DNA from: Podarcis liolepis
Lineage: Eukaryota
Reading direction: 5' to 3' (one strand)
DNA length: 64,000 nucleotides
Assembly (NCBI GenBank): GCA_965112155.1
Contig: OZ218101.1
The position numbers were made by a program, and so were the translations under genes. The notes under the pieces were generated by a model. The model was given only the letters and a program-made list of their open reading frames with translations, made no database searches and had not been told where the DNA came from. Shown in pieces: positions 1 through 55,833 of this stretch. The stretch's first letter is position 1, and every line of letters starts with the position of its first letter.

Positions 1-1207
1 CACCTGTATGTCGCTACTCTGCTCCTCTCTTTGTGCAAGACAGGAAATTTGCAGTTAACTATAGCTTCCTGTTACAACTGAAGCAGGAAACTATGGTTAA
101 TGGCTTCCAAACAAGCCAGGCTATTTAACTTTAAAGCATGACTTTATATTTTAGCAGCTTATTGAAAAATAGTGGTTGCTCGCGATCCTGCAACCACTTC
201 CATGAGCAGAGAAACGGGGCGCCACAGTTTTGGGAACAAGCAGAAGTCCTGCTCAATACACGGAACTAGTTGTACAGTTGTCTAGCTTTAACCTAGAGTT
301 CTTTCCTCAAAGACCACTTCCCAAGCTTCCTGATGCATGTATTTTTTCAGAAAATTAAAACTTCTCTATTAAGTTGATATGCATGCCCTGAAGAGAATTT
401 GGATTCTCTTACTATAGATTAGTTCAGCTAAGATAGCCGGTGCCTGAAGGTTCTTTACATTTATTACTCTAAGCCAAACAACATACCCAATTTCCATTAT
501 AAATGTTACTTCCTTCCACAGCAGCCATTTGCTCCCAAAGGTGCTGTAAACAGTTGTGAGAGGACAATATTTGGTGGGAAATCAATGCAGAGCTCCAAAA
601 CGCTGCTTTAACTTCAAAATAAAAGTTCTCAGGCTTGTCTAAAAAGTGTGAATTATTTGTTGTTGCTATTTATTAAATTTATCCAGGCAGCCTTTGAACA
701 CGTGAATTCTGTCACTACTGCACTGTCAGAATACCAAAGAAATTCATTATGATTAAAAAGGAGTTGCCTAATCTGTAATACACATGAAATCCAGAGAATT
801 GTGCACAAATATAATTCCTACCCTAGTCATCCTGATAGCTTGGCATGTTGCTAATGAAGTTCTTTAGGAAATCTACTAGTATTGGTGCAACAGCTGTAAC
901 AAACTGTCAGTCACTTCATCTTCTTCCAGCACTAGCTCACATTTTCTTAACTTGAAGAATATGGATATGAATTATCTCTGATTCATCAATTTACTTTGCC
1001 TTCAAAATTTCTTCCAGCAGCTTCACATATTAAAAAGTTATGCCAATGAATTAATATGAAACCCAGGTGTAGACAATACATTACCATTTTACATGTGAGT
1101 TTTTTACTAGGAAAGCTGTGCCTAGTCATAGTTTCCCAGCACTTATACTGTGAATAACTCACATCAACATCATTACAAAATTATTTTACTTGTTTTCCAT
1201 TACTTAC

Positions 1208-44720
<43,513 letters not shown>

Positions 44721-46540
44721 CGCTTGTCTTTCAGCTCTCTGTCCACAAAGGAAGGATCTCGAAGGCAGTCGGTGGAAGGTCTTTCCAAGCAAACGCCTTG
44801 CCTTATTTAAGATCCTACAGCTTTCGACAGAATCTAGGCATTTTGAAATAAAAAATTCCGGCCTCTGATCCGCGCCGGATCCAGAATCCACCTAAAGCAG
44901 CGGTCCCCAGAGCACTGAACTCCCCGCAATTTGTTTACTTCTGAATAAACGTGCTTAGGATCTGATCGCGCTGGAAGTTAAGGTTCCTTTGGTCGGTTAA
45001 AGGTCCTTAAATTGCACTAGTTTCCACTCAACTGACCAAGCTTGTTACCTATTAAACTGGGAGTGAGGCTTCAGCGGTTTCTGAGCAACCATATTAGTTA
45101 ATGGATCCTGACTGGGTTATTAATAATACATTCCATTAAAACGGTGGGATTTCCCCTCTAGTGAGCAAGAAGAAAGTTTGGGGTGTAAAATCCCCTCTGG
45201 ACTCCCAAGCATGTTATGAAAGAGCGGATCAACATTACTTAGGCGCCCATCCTTGACTCACTTCTCTGCCCCACTGAACTCAATGAGGCTGGCTTCTGAG
45301 TTGACAAGCATACGATTGTGCTGCTAGTTAATCGTGTCCTCCTCTTCCAAGTATATATGCAACCCCTAGGTCTGTCACCAGACTTCAACTCCCCGTCACC
45401 TAGTTGATTGCTCACCCCTATTCCCAATGTTCATAGGGATGCGCGATCCTGCACACACGTCTCTGAGGGTCAGTCCCGCGCAACTCTGTGGGACTTTCTT
45501 CTGAGTTTAGATTTGTGGGTCCCCAATAGCTCTAAGACGCACTAACGCAGAGGCCCAGATCTACTCGAGAGGCGGAATGGGGGAATCCGGTAACTTGGCC
45601 TACACTCAACCTTGGGACCCAGCATACGGACCCAACGGCCCATCATCTCTGGCCGTTAGCTGAGCTTCCTTGGGTATGATGGGGGCTCTTCTCCAAGAAC
45701 TCAGAAGTATATGATTTTCTGCAATCCTATACACACTCACTGGATAGGAAGCTTCATTTAACACTGTGGGATTTCCATCCATTGAATTGCCCTAGCAATA
45801 CAGGGTCCTATGCGCTTACTCAGAAGTCACTCTTCCCCGGGAGTGAGCTCCACTGAACGCAGTGGGAGAGACTTTTGTGTACATACGTGCAACCCAGGAG
45901 GAAGCCTGAAAAGGCCATATCTCCTTCGCCTACAAGCCTATCTTGCGCCCAAGTGACTTCCTGCAGGAAAGTCGCACGCGCCAGGCAATGTACCCCGAAG
46001 TGTCGCCCATCGAGGCCACCGCGATCCCAAGCCCACTTTAACTGCGCTGCCGGCGGTGGAATTCATCCCACCTACGGACTGCTCAGCTGCAGGCGGCTGG
46101 CGAGGACCGCGCTTGTCCGTCTTCTGCAGCAATCAGGCACGCCTTGGGATTGTAGGGGATAGTGGAGGGGCCGCCGTCGAGCAACGCGGCTGGCGGCTCT
46201 GGGACCAGCGAGGAGGGTTGGGTGTGCTGGTGATTAGGGGTTCCAAACTCTCCGATCTGGAGCTTGACCTCACAAAAGGATGGATCTGCAATTGAGGCAA
46301 ACTGACCGGCTTTACGCAATCAATGGACAGGAGCCACTGGCAGTCTTTAGGGCAGATGGTGGGGAGCCTGTGGCCCTCCCAATGTTCTTGGACTCCAACT
46401 CCCATCAACCGCAGCCAGCATAGGGAATTGCTGGGGATGGCGGGAGCTGTAGCAACCTTCTCCTTTGGAACCCAATCGCGTTGCTATATTCCATAGCCTT
46501 CCTTTTCTCTGCCGCTCGATCCTAAAGACTATATTTACTT

Positions 46541-46683
46541 ATAGAATCATGGCAGAGTTGGAAGAGACCTGAGGATCATTTAATCCGACTCCCTGCAATG
46601 CAGGAATATGTAGCTGGCCCGCACGAGGATCGAACCCACGACCTGGGCGTTGTCAGCACCACGCTCTAACACGTGAGCTAACC
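46541..46683 (-). mobile_element. SINE with tRNA-Ile-like head and CR1 3' tail
   Basis: Minus strand GGTTAGCTCA...TTAGAGCGTGGTGCTGACAACGCCCAGGTCGTGGGTTCGATCCTCGTGCGGGCCA, then CCTGCATTGCAGGG...TTCCAACTCT..ATGATTCTAT. Confidence 0.8.
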
Positions 46684-49600
46684 ACCTGGAATATTTGAAA
46701 GTAAGCTGCGCGAATTAATGCGTGCAGCTCGATCCTATATATGCTTGCCTAGAAGCAAGTTCCTCTGAATTCAGTAGGTCTTGCAGGCTGAGCGGGCGCC
46801 TTCTTTCCAAGCGAAGATGCTCGGAAGAAGGGAGGTACCTGCGCCCCAATCTGCCTACTTACACATCGTATTACCTGAACGAGAGACGGGCAGACAGGGA
46901 ATACCGTAGTTAGCCCCACGGAACTTACATCTGAGCAAATATGCATCCGTTTAATCTCTATTCAACATGGAGTATCTTCTTAGGCGTTTTTAGACGCGCA
47001 GAAATGGTCTAAATAGCAGTGTAAGTAACACAGTGTATATATGCTTTTGAGTAGTCCGATTAAATTCGACGGGACTGTCCTGGCGTAAGCAGGACTGTGG
47101 TTTGCGGCTCTGGGTTCCTTCCCATCAGCTCGCTGCTGCTGCTTTGCCCGAGTCCTCTGACAATGCATCTGCTTTGTGAATTCATGCCTCGCACACTGAC
47201 CTTAGCGAGGAGGATTCCGAGGTGTTTTCTGAAGCCTGCAGAGGAATCGGATGGAAATCTACATCCTGCGAAGCTCCCCGCTCTCTCCCTCCCTCCCTCA
47301 CACACATACACAAGGCACACACTCTGTCAGCCCTAAGCAAGTTTTATTGCAAGTGAAGCCCATGACGCTTACTTCCGAGGAAGCGCGGCTCTGCTCGCAT
47401 CTAAAACGCCTCTCATAGGGAAATCCGATTGTCTTCCCAACCCTGCTGCGTCCTTTTGACTTTCAGGGCTCGGAGGGGGACAGTTCCCCAGCAAAGCTGC
47501 TCTGTGTCTACACCCGGCCTCTGCCAGGGGCTCCGTTGCGCCTTCAGGCGAGAATCGCACAAGAAAGGCTTTTAGGGCACCGCTCGAGGCAATTCCTCCG
47601 CAGCCTGGGCCGCGGTCTCACCTGCGCTTGGAAGGCAGGCCTATTGAAATGAACCAAACTTCCTGGTACATCTTCCTGGTACATCTTCCCTGCTCCCTGG
47701 GAAGTGGATAGAAACGCTTTTAAAAGCCTTAACACCATCCTTTAGATTTGGAAGGAGCGCCTGCATGGCAGAAGGAGCCATTGGTAGCCGCGCATTTCTC
47801 AGGTCAACAGATTGCAAACATCGTATTAACACCTCCATTTAATCCATTATGGGCCACTTATTTAATTCTTTTGAATATTACGGAACATGAGGCGCATTTA
47901 ATAACACTTTAAAATAGGTGATTCGTAGTTCAATCCTAACCTCGTCTACTCAGAAGTAAGCCCTATTGAATCCAGTGGTTTTACTCCCAGGTACTTGGGA
48001 GGGTTAGTATGGCAGCCTACGAGCTCCGATGACTTTAGCAAGGTTTATTTCCGAGTAGACACGTGTAGGGTTGCGCTGTTAATATATTTCCTTGCTTACG
48101 ATGCGAGGAGCTGAGGCAGCCTAACTGCTTTCTCTGGGCTGGTATTATTGACAGTAGTAGGACTTTCTTCCTCACAAAACTACATAAGATCAACGACTAC
48201 GAGACTAGACATCCCACCCCCCTCTCCAACGCACATACAATGAGTGACACGTCGCGCTTTTGTGACAGTTAATGACATGGGACTAAACCGGCTTTATTCT
48301 CCATTTAGAGGGTTTAGGATCCCGGGTGGTGCAGACCTACCAAACAATTGCTCTCAGCAGTTGGGAAGAAAATGAATGTGTGTGAGCGCTGCTGCGCTTA
48401 AACCACTCTCTGAAATCACTTAGTTGGTTGGCCGTTGACTTCCGCAGGAATCAAGGAGCCTTGCTTCCACCTAAAGTAAACCCTTTGCGCTTTCCCTATT
48501 GACAATCCCCAAAGCCACAGAATACAATCTGGATGGCTAAGGCTTGGGCTTCGCTCTCTGGAGACAGAAGTGCTGCTTCTGTGTATGTGGAAACAGAGTA
48601 GACACAGGCAGGATCACAGATCTGTTCCTGAACTTGCCGGGATGGAACATTTGGGTTTAAACCGCTTTGTCCCAGTTTTCTGCAAAAATGTGCTCCATGA
48701 GTTGGAAACCAAGCCGGCTCCAGATCGTTGGCAAAAGTTCTCAGGCGGTTCCACACAATAGGCTTTCTCTCTCTTAAGAGTGTCTGATTTTGCTGCACCC
48801 ACCACGACACGAAAAACATATTTTCTACGTCTGTAACGTTCAACTTCGCGGTGGTGAGACCGACTAACTCGGCTGAACAGGACACGAATAGCGGGACAGC
48901 GGGACTTTGCTCTTAGGAAAGAGTTAGACAAACGACGCATTCTGTATTAAGTATTCCTTAAATAGGTTTAGCATAATCAGAGCTGGCTCTTTTAAACTGT
49001 GACTTGTGAGGGTCAGAGAGAGAACTCCTGAACAATCCTGGTTCAGCAAGGCGTCGAAAGCGCTTCTCTTACACCCGGTTTGGAGTCCTGCAAAATAACA
49101 CTACCACCACATTTCCTGAGGGGGTCACAGATTAACAGACCCTCCCAAAGAGACCCCCTTCTAAGCAAACCTCCAGCCCGAAAGTGACTGCTTTTGTCCA
49201 AGATCGCTGCCTAGGACGATAAACAGAAATAAATTAAATGGCCCGGTAATAAAAGATCAGCTTCTTCTAAAATAAACAGCGACAGTTTGGTATTAACGAC
49301 GGTTCCTGCTTGACTGGCCTGACCAGCCAAACCAGAGCGCTCCGATTTAGACTCACTTCGTGCCCTCCAAGCAAATGAGAGACTATTGTTTTGTTTTGTT
49401 TTGTGTTTTGTTTTTAAAGGGGGAGGATGTCCTTAACTGGGTTATGGGTAGACTTGTAAGAGTTACCCAAGGAGCACAGGGTCAGGCTGAAAACAAGGTA
49501 AGGGGGGAAAGGCGGAAAGTGGAATATACCCAATCCTGAATCCGCAGAAGCAGCGTATTTTGGTAGTGATGCGTCAGAATATTACTATTGCAGAAGTTTT

Positions 49601-51632
49601 CATGGCGCATATGCTTTTCACAATTCTTATCTGACGGATCTTTCCCACATCACCGTGCAGAAAGAATCGTCTGAAGTCACTTACTCTATATTTGCTTGCA
49701 TTTTAAAATAAATGCAAAACTGCTGCCACGCCTTTGGCTTCCCAAGACAGCAGGGATTTGAGCCGGGATCGCTGGAATCCGGGCCGCTTGCTTCTTTCTC
49801 GATCGAGCAACCCGGGGTCCGCTTCTGATTCGCTTCGCTTGCAGGTTTGGCCACTAAGCGGAGATAAATGGCATTAACCTAACTCTACCCCTTTGCCTAT
49901 CGCTTTGTAAAATCTAAGGCAGAAACCCCCTTTAATCGGCGAGTTAATACAAATACTATTCTTGGTGTCAAACAACAAGGGTTGGGGAGGTGAGCGCGCG
50001 CCTGTTCATTTTGGGGAGAGGTAAGCGCCTAAATCAGGCAGAAACGGCGCAGACGGTTTAGGTAGGTTTTGGACTGCCTTCCCAACAACATGGCAAATGG
50101 AGACATTCCGACATCGGTTCCTACTACCCCAATCCCGAGAATTCGGGCTGGATTCAGTGAGATGTTCTCTGGGAGAATCGGGGCCCTTAAAGAGATTGTT
50201 AGTTGTTCTTGTTGTAGGCCGCCTGGAGAACGGTTTTGCGGAAAGGCGGCTCTGCAGAGAAATTGTGGACACAATCCGATCCTAACAAAGTGCCGGCTCA
50301 GCCCGAACCCCGCGCGCTTTTACTCCAAAGTGAGTTTCCCTACTCAAAGCTCTTCCATTCATCTCAAACCGGCCCTTTTCTTCCATTTCGTCAGCCGAAG
50401 TTAGCTAACTACTAATTAACTGGGAAAGTAAAGGTCCATTTCCTGTGTGTGGGGGGGGACCCTCTCACCTCACCGCCCCCCCTTGTCCTTCCATCCTGCC
50501 TGCTGCAAACCCCAGGCGGTGGCGCGCCAGCGGCTGAAGCCGCCAAAGCGCCGGCCCGCCAGAAGCGCATCTAGCGGCCCGCGGAAAAGATTCGCGGCGG
50601 GCTCTGCGTAAATGCGCCCAGACCTCGCCGCCATTTTACAGCAGCTGCTTTCCTCGCTTCCTTCCCCATCTAGACGAGGACCCTGATCTCTTTAGCAGAC
50701 GCGGGCGGCTGTCTCCGGCCGTAACAAAGCCGGTCCCTGTGCGCTTTTCTTAGCAGGGTATATTTCACCTTCTCCTTTCCTGATAAAGCTCATTTCCAAA
50801 GGCTGGTGCCTCCTGTCCCCATCCTGCTTCGCTGGACTTAAAAGCCAACCCCCCTTAAAAAAAAAGACATTATTTTTCCTGGGGAGAGGGGATAAATGGG
50901 AATCGCGTGGAAAAGATAGAAAACATAACTTTACGCTCTGAATCTCGCACCAAAGTCAACTCTCCTTCGGTGTGTTTAGAGCCGGGGCTTGCTTTCCTTT
51001 TTGGGTGGGTGGGTAATAAAATCCTGTCCCCAAACTCTATAAAATGGAACAAGAGCTGCTGTACCATAAAGTATTCTCTCTGTCCAAACCGGGGACACCA
51101 TATATCATATAATAAATAAACGCCACTTGATAATAATTATTAGAGATCGGGGAGCCGGAGTAGACAAGCAGCTGCGCCGGAACCAGGGAACAAAACTCTG
51201 CTCATTTCTTCGCAATTTGTCAATTGCGGGCGGACTTGGAGATCCTTGCTCCGACGTCCCAAACGGAGGAGTTTGTTCTTTCCTGCCTTACACAGTCGGA
51301 CCCTGTATATTTCATCTGTAGCGCGAAATGCCCTGGAAACGTTTGCTTTCAAGGGATTTCCTTCCAAGTTAGGGAGGTGCACACGGCAGGGAAGGTCGTC
51401 GTAGTAGTAAGTCCTGCTGACATGAATTATTTGGAAGATGCAATAAGAGTTCTATTTGCTTTTAGGATGGAGGTGCGTTTGGTGAGGATCCTAACTAAAG
51501 ATGTCGCCTGAGAAATAAATCCCATTGAGTTCAATGTGCTTGACTCTCTAGAAGTACAGTTTTCCTATTGCTCTTGGGTCCTTAACATAACTGCTTGGAG
51601 CGTGTTTGCTGCAATGGCTAAAGGGCCGGGAG

Positions 51633-51820
51633 CATAGGAGCCAACTCCTAGGGGCCGAGATCCCTTCGCTTCCTCCCCAATAAAATATTTGAGGGGGCTG
51701 CCACCCCCAAAGTTGTTGGGATTCCTATTCAAATGCTGCGCGCGCCCACCGTCTTGTGATCGATTATGCGCGGCTTACCTGGTCCCCTCCCCCAATATTT
51801 TATTCAAGTTGGCACCCCTG
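51633..51820 (+). mobile_element. hAT-type MITE
   Basis: Ends CATAGGAGCCAACT / AGTTGGCACCCCTG; 8-bp TSD GCCGGGAG / GCTGGGAG. Confidence 0.75.
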
Positions 51821-53819
51821 GCTGGGAGTGATTTCAGCGGGTCCGAAGCTGCGATCTCTCACAGGTTTACTTAAAAGTCTAAGCAGCGCTGAATGCAAGG
51901 AAACTTGGGTAAATTTGTCCTAACGATGGTTGTGTTGTTCTGTGTGGTTTTACAGTATGCGCTGGAATCCACGAGGTTCACTTTCAAGCAGCTTTGAATG
52001 ATCCTATGTGTTCTGATTTCAGTCCCCTTCATTTTAGTGGCACCTACTTCCAGGTTAGAGCAACCACGACAACCCTTAAGAGCCTCTTGTCCCTCTGCGC
52101 ACTTAACTTGGAGGCAGCCCCAATGGGCTTACTTCCGAGTAAACATACAATGGGTTGAAATGGCACCGTCCCTAAGCGATCCTCCTTGGGAACGTCCCAT
52201 TGAACTCAGGGAGGCTGACTTCCGAGGAAACCGGAGCAGGAGCGGGCATTAAACGACCGTGGGGGTGCTTTGAAACTCGCCCCTTTATTTGTGGCTATTC
52301 CAGGCCAAAGGCAGCCAACTCCGCTGACTTGAATGAAGCCATCTCTCAGGAACATTTCGCTTTCTCTAATAACTAGGCAGAGAATCGGGACCTTCGGTGG
52401 CGATTGCGATGTCCCCCACCCCAAGGGAGCCTGCTGGGAGGGTGACCTGAGATGGCAATTTTGCTTTGGAGCTGCTGCCTATTTATTATCCCCACCCCCC
52501 CGGGAAAACTGACTCCCGCCGCAGCGCGACAATATCAAGGGGCGGTGGAAGCGTGAGCCCCAGATGCCTGCCAGCTCTCCTGACCCGGGTAAGCTAAGAT
52601 CTGACCTTCACATTAACACGTTAATAGAAGGAAAAAGCCGGCCCAATAGTTTTATGCGAAGAAACGCGGAGACTTTCAAAGTCCGGGGAGCCGGAGCTTG
52701 TTTACTTTTCCTCGACTCCTGGCTTTTCTTTCGCTTGGGAACCCATGTCTCCATGTAACAGAAACAATGTTTGGGCAAAGCCTGCACAAACAAGGAGAGG
52801 CCGGTTTACAAGGCTTAAGGAACCGGCTTTTGTGCTCCCTTTCCATTCTGAAAACTCTCTTTATACCATCCCCTTTTCTGCGCCCCTCTCCTCGCCCCCC
52901 CATCCGCTCCCCAGCTTCTCCCTTTTCCTGGATCTTCCGCCACATCCCGACTTCAGGTCAGGATTCCTTTCCAGCTTTCTGCGATGAGAAAAAACAACGA
53001 TCTCCTTCAAGACACCAAAGCGATTACGGAAAGCGAAGCTAACCTAGAAAGCCAGGCACTGATGGCAAAAGTGCCCTTTGGGGTTGCTGTGCGCCTATAA
53101 TATATACACACATCCCTCTCACCCCTTCAAATAATTCCGGGAAATGTAGTTTAAGGGAATTAGAGCATTTTGAGGGTGAGTTACGGTTCCCGGGATTCTT
53201 AGGTGTGTGCGTGTGGCGATGTGCTTTCAATGTATGGCTGCGTCAATCGACCACTTCTTGAGCCACTTTGATTTTAAAAATACAAGCTTGAAAAATGTGC
53301 GCATCTTCCCCTCCACTGAATTCAATAGGGGAATCAAGACGACGCTCCCATTTCTCCCGTTGGCTTGGAAGTCAGTCTAGCGGGCGAGGGAGACTGCGTG
53401 GGATCAGGCTGCCTTAGGGCTTAGCTGTGGCTGAATTGTGCCCTTTTGTAGTTATTCCGAGCCCACAATCCTGGATCGAAGCTGGTTGTTTTTTGTTTTT
53501 TTTTTTAAAGCATTTCCCTCAGAATTAGTAGGAGATGGCACGCAGACTTTCTGGAAAGGAAAGGGGCCGCTGAGATCAACTAAACGCCGCTCGACTTAAC
53601 TTTCCAATTATTGCGTCAGTATTTCCATCGCAGGACTTCGTGCGTTTCGGGTTGCGATGAGAAAGCAGGAAGGAAGAAAAAAACCCGGCCCAGATGGACA
53701 GCACCAGAAATTTCACTGGGAGCATTTGTGCTAAACCAGTTGCTAGCGACGAGGCTGAAAGATTTGTTTTCAAACCCGAAGGTTGCAATGTTGTGGACAG
53801 CGTACGGCTTGGACCACCT

Positions 53820-54300
53820 TATCCTTTACAGATCATGAATGGTTGGGATTCCTTCACTGTGTTGGCATCAGATGTGTTTGTCAACAAATCATTCTGATTC
53901 CATTTTATTTTAAGGAAAGCTGACCAGAGCAAGTTATTTGTTGGCTGGAGAAGAAACCATGATGTGCTTATGCTCTGTAACCTTGTAGAAGCAGTTTTGT
54001 TCCAGGGAACCCAACAGTCCATCAATGGTGTGCAGATTCCACTGCTAACACTGGCAGATGGTGCCTGCCCTCTGCAGAAGCAGCTCATGAAACCATGTGG
54101 AGGCCACCTTGGTCACAGGTAGGCCATCTGCAACAGGACTCTCAAAATGCCACAGTTGCCTTGAGTGGGCCTTTGGCAGATTCAAGGCCAGGTCAAAGTG
54201 CTTCCCAGCCAGTAGCAGTGGAGAAAAGGGTGATGACGTGGTCCCAGCATTTTTTGTGCTGCATCACATTTGTGATATCAAGAGACACACATTACAGGAT
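53820..54300 (+). pseudogene. Decayed PIF/Harbinger (DDE_Tnp_4, HARBI1-like) transposase
   Basis: Frame from 53940: VGWRRNHDV...INGVQIPLLTLADGACPLQKQLMKPCGGHL, then stop and frameshift, then LSKCHSCLEWAFGRFKARSKCF...VLHHICD; matches Harbinger motifs GW.G..HD, GD.AYPL..LMKPY, E.AFG.LK.RW, LHNIC. Confidence 0.8.
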
Positions 54301-55400
54301 GCTGTGGACATTCCCGGCATGTTCTGCTGCCAGCATATAATGAGAACTAGCACAGGGATGCAAGAGATGGCAGCATGCAACTTCCTATTTCCTTGTGAGA
54401 ATTTTTGGACAACAACTGTTCTGTATTTGTTTTTATAAATGAAATTAACTTTTAAAAATAAAAAGTACCTTTTGGCAAACAAGATTAGCTACACATGAAA
54501 GTCATGCACAATGCATTCATTTGCACTAATTTGATTAAAAGCGCACATAAATCACAGAACATAATGATAACAGCAGAAGGCTCCCAACTGACTGCCTACT
54601 TCCCTTCAGACCTAGGATGCCACAATTTATGCTTTCCAGCATTTAGAGAAAATCTTTTTATAAGCAAACTTTAAATGTAGTAGGAAGGAATGTTTTCCTC
54701 CTCTTTTTTTTTTTTTGGAAAGTCTATTTCTTTGCCTCCAATCAGGCCTCAGAGGCACCAATGCATTTAGGGGGGCAAGAAGTCTATCCACAACTATATG
54801 CTAGTTTGTTTAATGTGGCCTCAGTGAGTGAAAGAGAAAAATAGAGGGCTGACTCTTTGCATGAGTCTCTGGGGAAATCCTTCACACATGTAACTAATTT
54901 GAAATCCATACTTCATAGGTAGATTACAGTTCAAATCTGGCAAGCTTTGCCCTCCCCGCCAACTCTTCCTTTGGCCAATATCAGGTCGTGACTCCTGGGG
55001 CTGAGACAACAGGTGCAACCTCAATAATGCTCAGGAAATTGCCAATCAGTTTCAGGTAAGCAAACCATTCTTCCTTCCTACTGGGGCAACCTATCTCTGA
55101 ACAGAATCGGGATGGAGTTGAAAGTGTAGCATTAATTGACTACTTCTTTTTATCTCACTTTTATTACACTGGGATAATAAGGAACTCCATAAAACTGTGT
55201 GATGCTTGACTAACCTTGCTTCACCTACGGTGGATATAACAGCCCAGTCATATACAGAGGCAGGCGTGTCTGCCTTCACCGATCTCTGTGGGCTTCAGCA
55301 GACCTGAATCTGCAGCACTTTCCAGCCAGGTGAAGAGAAATGTCAGAAGAAGGCAACGAGAGGGAGCAATGGCCATTTTGCATGCAACGGAAGTTGGAGC

Positions 55401-55833
55401 CAGAGCCGTCTTTTCCACAGGGCTTAGTGGTGCGTTGCGCCAGGGTGCCGGCCTCTCAGGGGCGCCCCAGTGAATGGGGGAGCTTTGCGGCTTTGCTGGC
55501 GGCCTCCCCTTTCCCTGAACGCCCTCCAGTTGTGCCCCACCAACCATATGGCTGGCGGTTGTGCAGCTTGCCTCCCAAGCCTCTGCGGGAGGAGAGCGAT
55601 CCCTGCAAAGCCTTAGGATGGAAGCTGTGCCCCACCAACTATATGGCTGGTGGGCGCGCAACTTCCCTCCCAAGCCTCTGAGGGGATTGCTCTCCTGCAG
55701 TGGCATGGCGGAGAGTTGCCCCCCCCCAATGGCTGGCAGTGCGCAGTTTCATGCCTCCCCACTATCCGTGGTAATTTGGGGGCACTTGGCGGATATTTGC
55801 ACCCCGGTGCCACATCTGCTAAAGACGGCCCTG
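55401..55833. mobile_element. hAT-type non-autonomous element with internal direct repeat
   Basis: TIRs CAGAGCCGTCTTT / AAAGACGGCCCTG; 8-bp TSD GTTGGAGC / GTTGGAGT; two copies of GTGCCCCACCAACYATATGGCTGG...CCTCCCAAGCCTCTG. Confidence 0.8.

Noticed and set aside
1-1207. SIM2 exon 8 (LLVKGQVTTKYYR...)
   Set aside because: Not found in the remaining 1.2 kb; it must lie beyond the window edge
46615-46683. Functional tRNA gene
   Set aside because: Altered D-arm and acceptor 5' end, no oligo-T terminator, directly fused to a CR1 tail, so it is a SINE head
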